Positions 63,291 to 64,000 of a stretch of DNA of 64,000 bases are shown piece by piece. Position numbers and translations under genes: made by a program. Source of the stretch: Lama glama (Eukaryota); the NCBI GenBank assembly GCA_028534125.1, contig CM052817.1:43340001-43404000 (forward strand), written 5' to 3'. The notes beneath the pieces were generated by a model. It made no database searches, was not told the DNA's origin, and saw only the letters and a list, made by a program, of their open reading frames with translations. Positions within the stretch are counted from its first letter, which is position 1, and each line of letters starts with the position of its first letter.

Positions 63291-64000
63291 GAATCTGTAG
63301 CCTAAAATCCATAGAAAACCAATGATCTAAATTTCCTGCAAGCTGACACTGCTTCTGTGAGGTACAAATAAAGACAGTTCTACCCTTAGATTGTTTATTC
63401 AGCAAATACCTCTTGTCCCTTATCACATCTATTCAAGCTGCCAAGTTCCATAGGTTCTTCCCCTGAAATTAACTCACTCCTTCCTCCCTTCCTCCCTTCC
63501 ACCAGCCACCGTTTACTGAATACTTACTAGGTACTAGGTGTTACCTCATTTTACTATTCCACTGCTGCCCCTCCAGGTGAAGCCTCACTAGCTTCTATGT
63601 GGCCAAAAGTGACATTTCCTAACTACCATCACCATCTCCTTTTTCTTTCTTTCAGGTCATCCTCTTGGGCAGTAGATGAATTTCACTTCCCTCCCCTGTT
63701 CAAAATTCTGCAGTGACTCCCTATTGCCTATTGAATTAAATAGGGATTACTTATCGCCGTTTTGAAGACCCTCCATAAAATCTCAATCTACCCAAGGGCC
63801 CCATTGATGACTATTTTCAGAATATATGCTTTAGCTAAACTGGCCCACTCGTAATTTTTTTGAATGTGCCCTCATGCTGTTCCTATCTCTGGAAATAACA
63901 CAATTTCTGTCTGCCCAAATTCTGTCTTTCAAGGGCACTCTTCAATGCCACCTCTGTGCACCCTCCCACCTGATGTAGCCGCTTCCACTTCTGAACTCCT

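Noticed and set aside
1..64000. A novel multi-gene system, RNA gene, CRISPR array or foreign insertion
   Set aside because: All recognisable coding signal chains into one FRAS1 frame. The rest reads as typical mammalian intron and repeats, with no tRNA, rRNA or snoRNA hallmarks seen by eye; an Rfam/Infernal scan would be needed to exclude small RNAs.

Overview
Eukaryotic (mammalian) genomic DNA lying wholly inside one large minus-strand gene, FRAS1 (Fraser extracellular matrix complex subunit 1). I traced 25 consecutive GT-AG coding exons from 56789 down to 987. Together they give 4535 nt (2 nt plus 1511 codons) with compatible phases at every junction. They encode the last CSPG repeats, all five Calx-beta domains and most of the C-terminal extracellular region. 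These are about exons 48-72 if numbered like human (inferred). The start of the gene and its last exons (transmembrane segment, stop codon) lie outside the window. The introns hold old mammalian repeats (MIR, L2, MLT1, MER20, MER82, Charlie1, Tigger1 derivative, L1M), a MER41-like solo LTR and young truncated L1 3' ends with target-site duplications. The L1 3'UTR style and the lack of any recognisable Alu, B1, Bov-tA, PRE-1 or SINEC suggest a camelid (inference). I found no evidence of a new gene or new biological system. The best leads are splice-regulatory: a recursive-splice-type exon, a (UG)7 tract with a decoy donor at an acceptor, tandem donors, and hairpins near branch points. Repeat names and human comparisons are from memory, and repeat boundaries are approximate.
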